Origin: an uncultured Candidatus Saccharibacteria bacterium
Lineage (GTDB): Bacteria; Patescibacteriota; Minisyncoccia; Portnoybacterales; UBA2143
Length of the DNA stretch: 55,470 bases
Assembly (NCBI GenBank): GCA_964649795.1
Contig: CAZYQY010000001.1
Location: 11,711-67,180 of the forward strand
Direction of reading: 5' to 3'
A program made the position numbers and the translations under genes. Positions 54,935-55,470 of the stretch are shown piece after piece. The notes under the pieces were generated by a model. The model was not told the origin of the DNA. It did not search any database and saw nothing but the letters and a program-made list of their open reading frames with translations. Each line of letters opens with the position of its first letter. The first letter of the stretch is position 1.

Positions 54935-55470
54935 TCAAGTTTTTGTACATGACGGGTACATAGGTAACACTTTGATAGAATTATTGATATTTATTGGTGT
55001 TTCATTATCCAATGAATTATGCGGTCTGTAAAAGTTGTATTCAATCAGCCATTCAGTCAGATTGCTATTAAATTGTATAACATCAGGAGTATAATTGCCA
55101 AGATTAACAAATTCTTCTTGTATGGTTCTATTAAATCTTTCATTGACTGGATTGTCTTTAGGTGTTCTGGGACGACTATGGTATCTATCGAGATTAAACT
55201 TTTCGCAAGAATGTCTGAAGTATTTCTCAAATTCACTTCCATTATCTGTTTGGATATTTTCTATCTTTCCATTAGTTAAATACATTAATCTATTAAGAAA
55301 GTCAACTGCGTTGTATGAATTAACATGTCTATACCTTCTGGCAAAAGCAACCTTGGGAAAAGAATCAATGCCTGTAAAGATATATCTCTTAAGGTTATTG
55401 CATCTTAATTCAATTGCGTCTAAGCAAACAAGGAATCCATTCTTAGGTTTTTTCTTAAGCTCTGTTATTC
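54935..55470 (-). CDS. DDE transposase/integrase core (rve domain, IS481/IS3-like); the 5' end lies beyond the window
   Basis: The reading frame stays open from the window edge: '..FLVCLDAIEL..', 'TDNGSEF', 'NERFNRTIQEEF' and 'YNFYRPHNSL'. Confidence 0.8.
   Translation of the reverse strand, partial: ITELKKKPKNGFLVCLDAIELRCNNLKRYIFTGIDSFPKVAFARRYRHVNSYNAVDFLNRLMYLTNGKIENIQTDNGSEFEKYFRHSCEKFNLDRYHSRPRTPKDNPVNERFNRTIQEEFVNLGNYTPDVIQFNSNLTEWLIEYNFYRPHNSLDNETPININNSIKVLPMYPSCTKT

Noticed and set aside
1-55470. Alternative genetic code (UGA sense, as in some candidate phyla) and CRISPR arrays.
   Set aside because: TGA clearly terminates conserved genes, for example the FemAB-like gene at 5274-5276 with an ATGA overlap, and the rpsQ and rplN stops. 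No regularly spaced direct repeats are present, and the palindromic repeats are dispersed rather than arrayed.

Overview
This is an AT-rich bacterial window of about 55.5 kb. G+C looks like roughly one third by eye; I did not compute it. It uses the standard code, since TGA acts as a stop (for example the ATGA overlap at 5273-5276). The gene content fits a reduced-genome Patescibacteria/CPR-type organism (inference).

The backbone is housekeeping:
- cell-wall genes (LysM/CHAP hydrolase, FemAB-like, MurE-like, Wzy/O-antigen-ligase-like)
- repair and replication genes (ruvA, EndoQ-like, PolX, dnaE, ligA)
- pilMNO
- a long str/S10/spc ribosomal super-operon (rpsL, rpsG, fusA, tuf, rpsJ through rplO, secY, adk, map) with no L30 gene between rpsE and rplO
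- thrS, gatCA and pheS
- six tRNA or tRNA-like genes

The accessory parts are:
1. An island of about 5.7 kb (17727-23486) just downstream of tRNA-Arg and tRNA-His. It is bounded by inverted copies of an ~80-nt palindromic repeat family and carries a truncated radC, a two-methyltransferase operon, an aberrant Ser-like tRNA gene and small orphan genes. The larger methyltransferase has a C-terminal module that looks like a PD-(D/E)xK nuclease. This is my best candidate for an undescribed system.
2. An initiator-type tRNA(CAU) gene split by a 205-nt group I-like intron.
3. A 13-mer palindrome, AAGGTCWGACCTT, that occurs in two pairs, one of them as a perfect 33-nt palindrome inside a CDS.
4. Two small genes that are G+C-richer than the backbone, one of them DUF397-like, and a partial rve-family transposase at the right edge where pheT would be expected.
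5. A promoter-to-terminator stretch of about 310 nt with no ORF (1560-1899).

All product calls come from motif recognition by eye. No database search was run.
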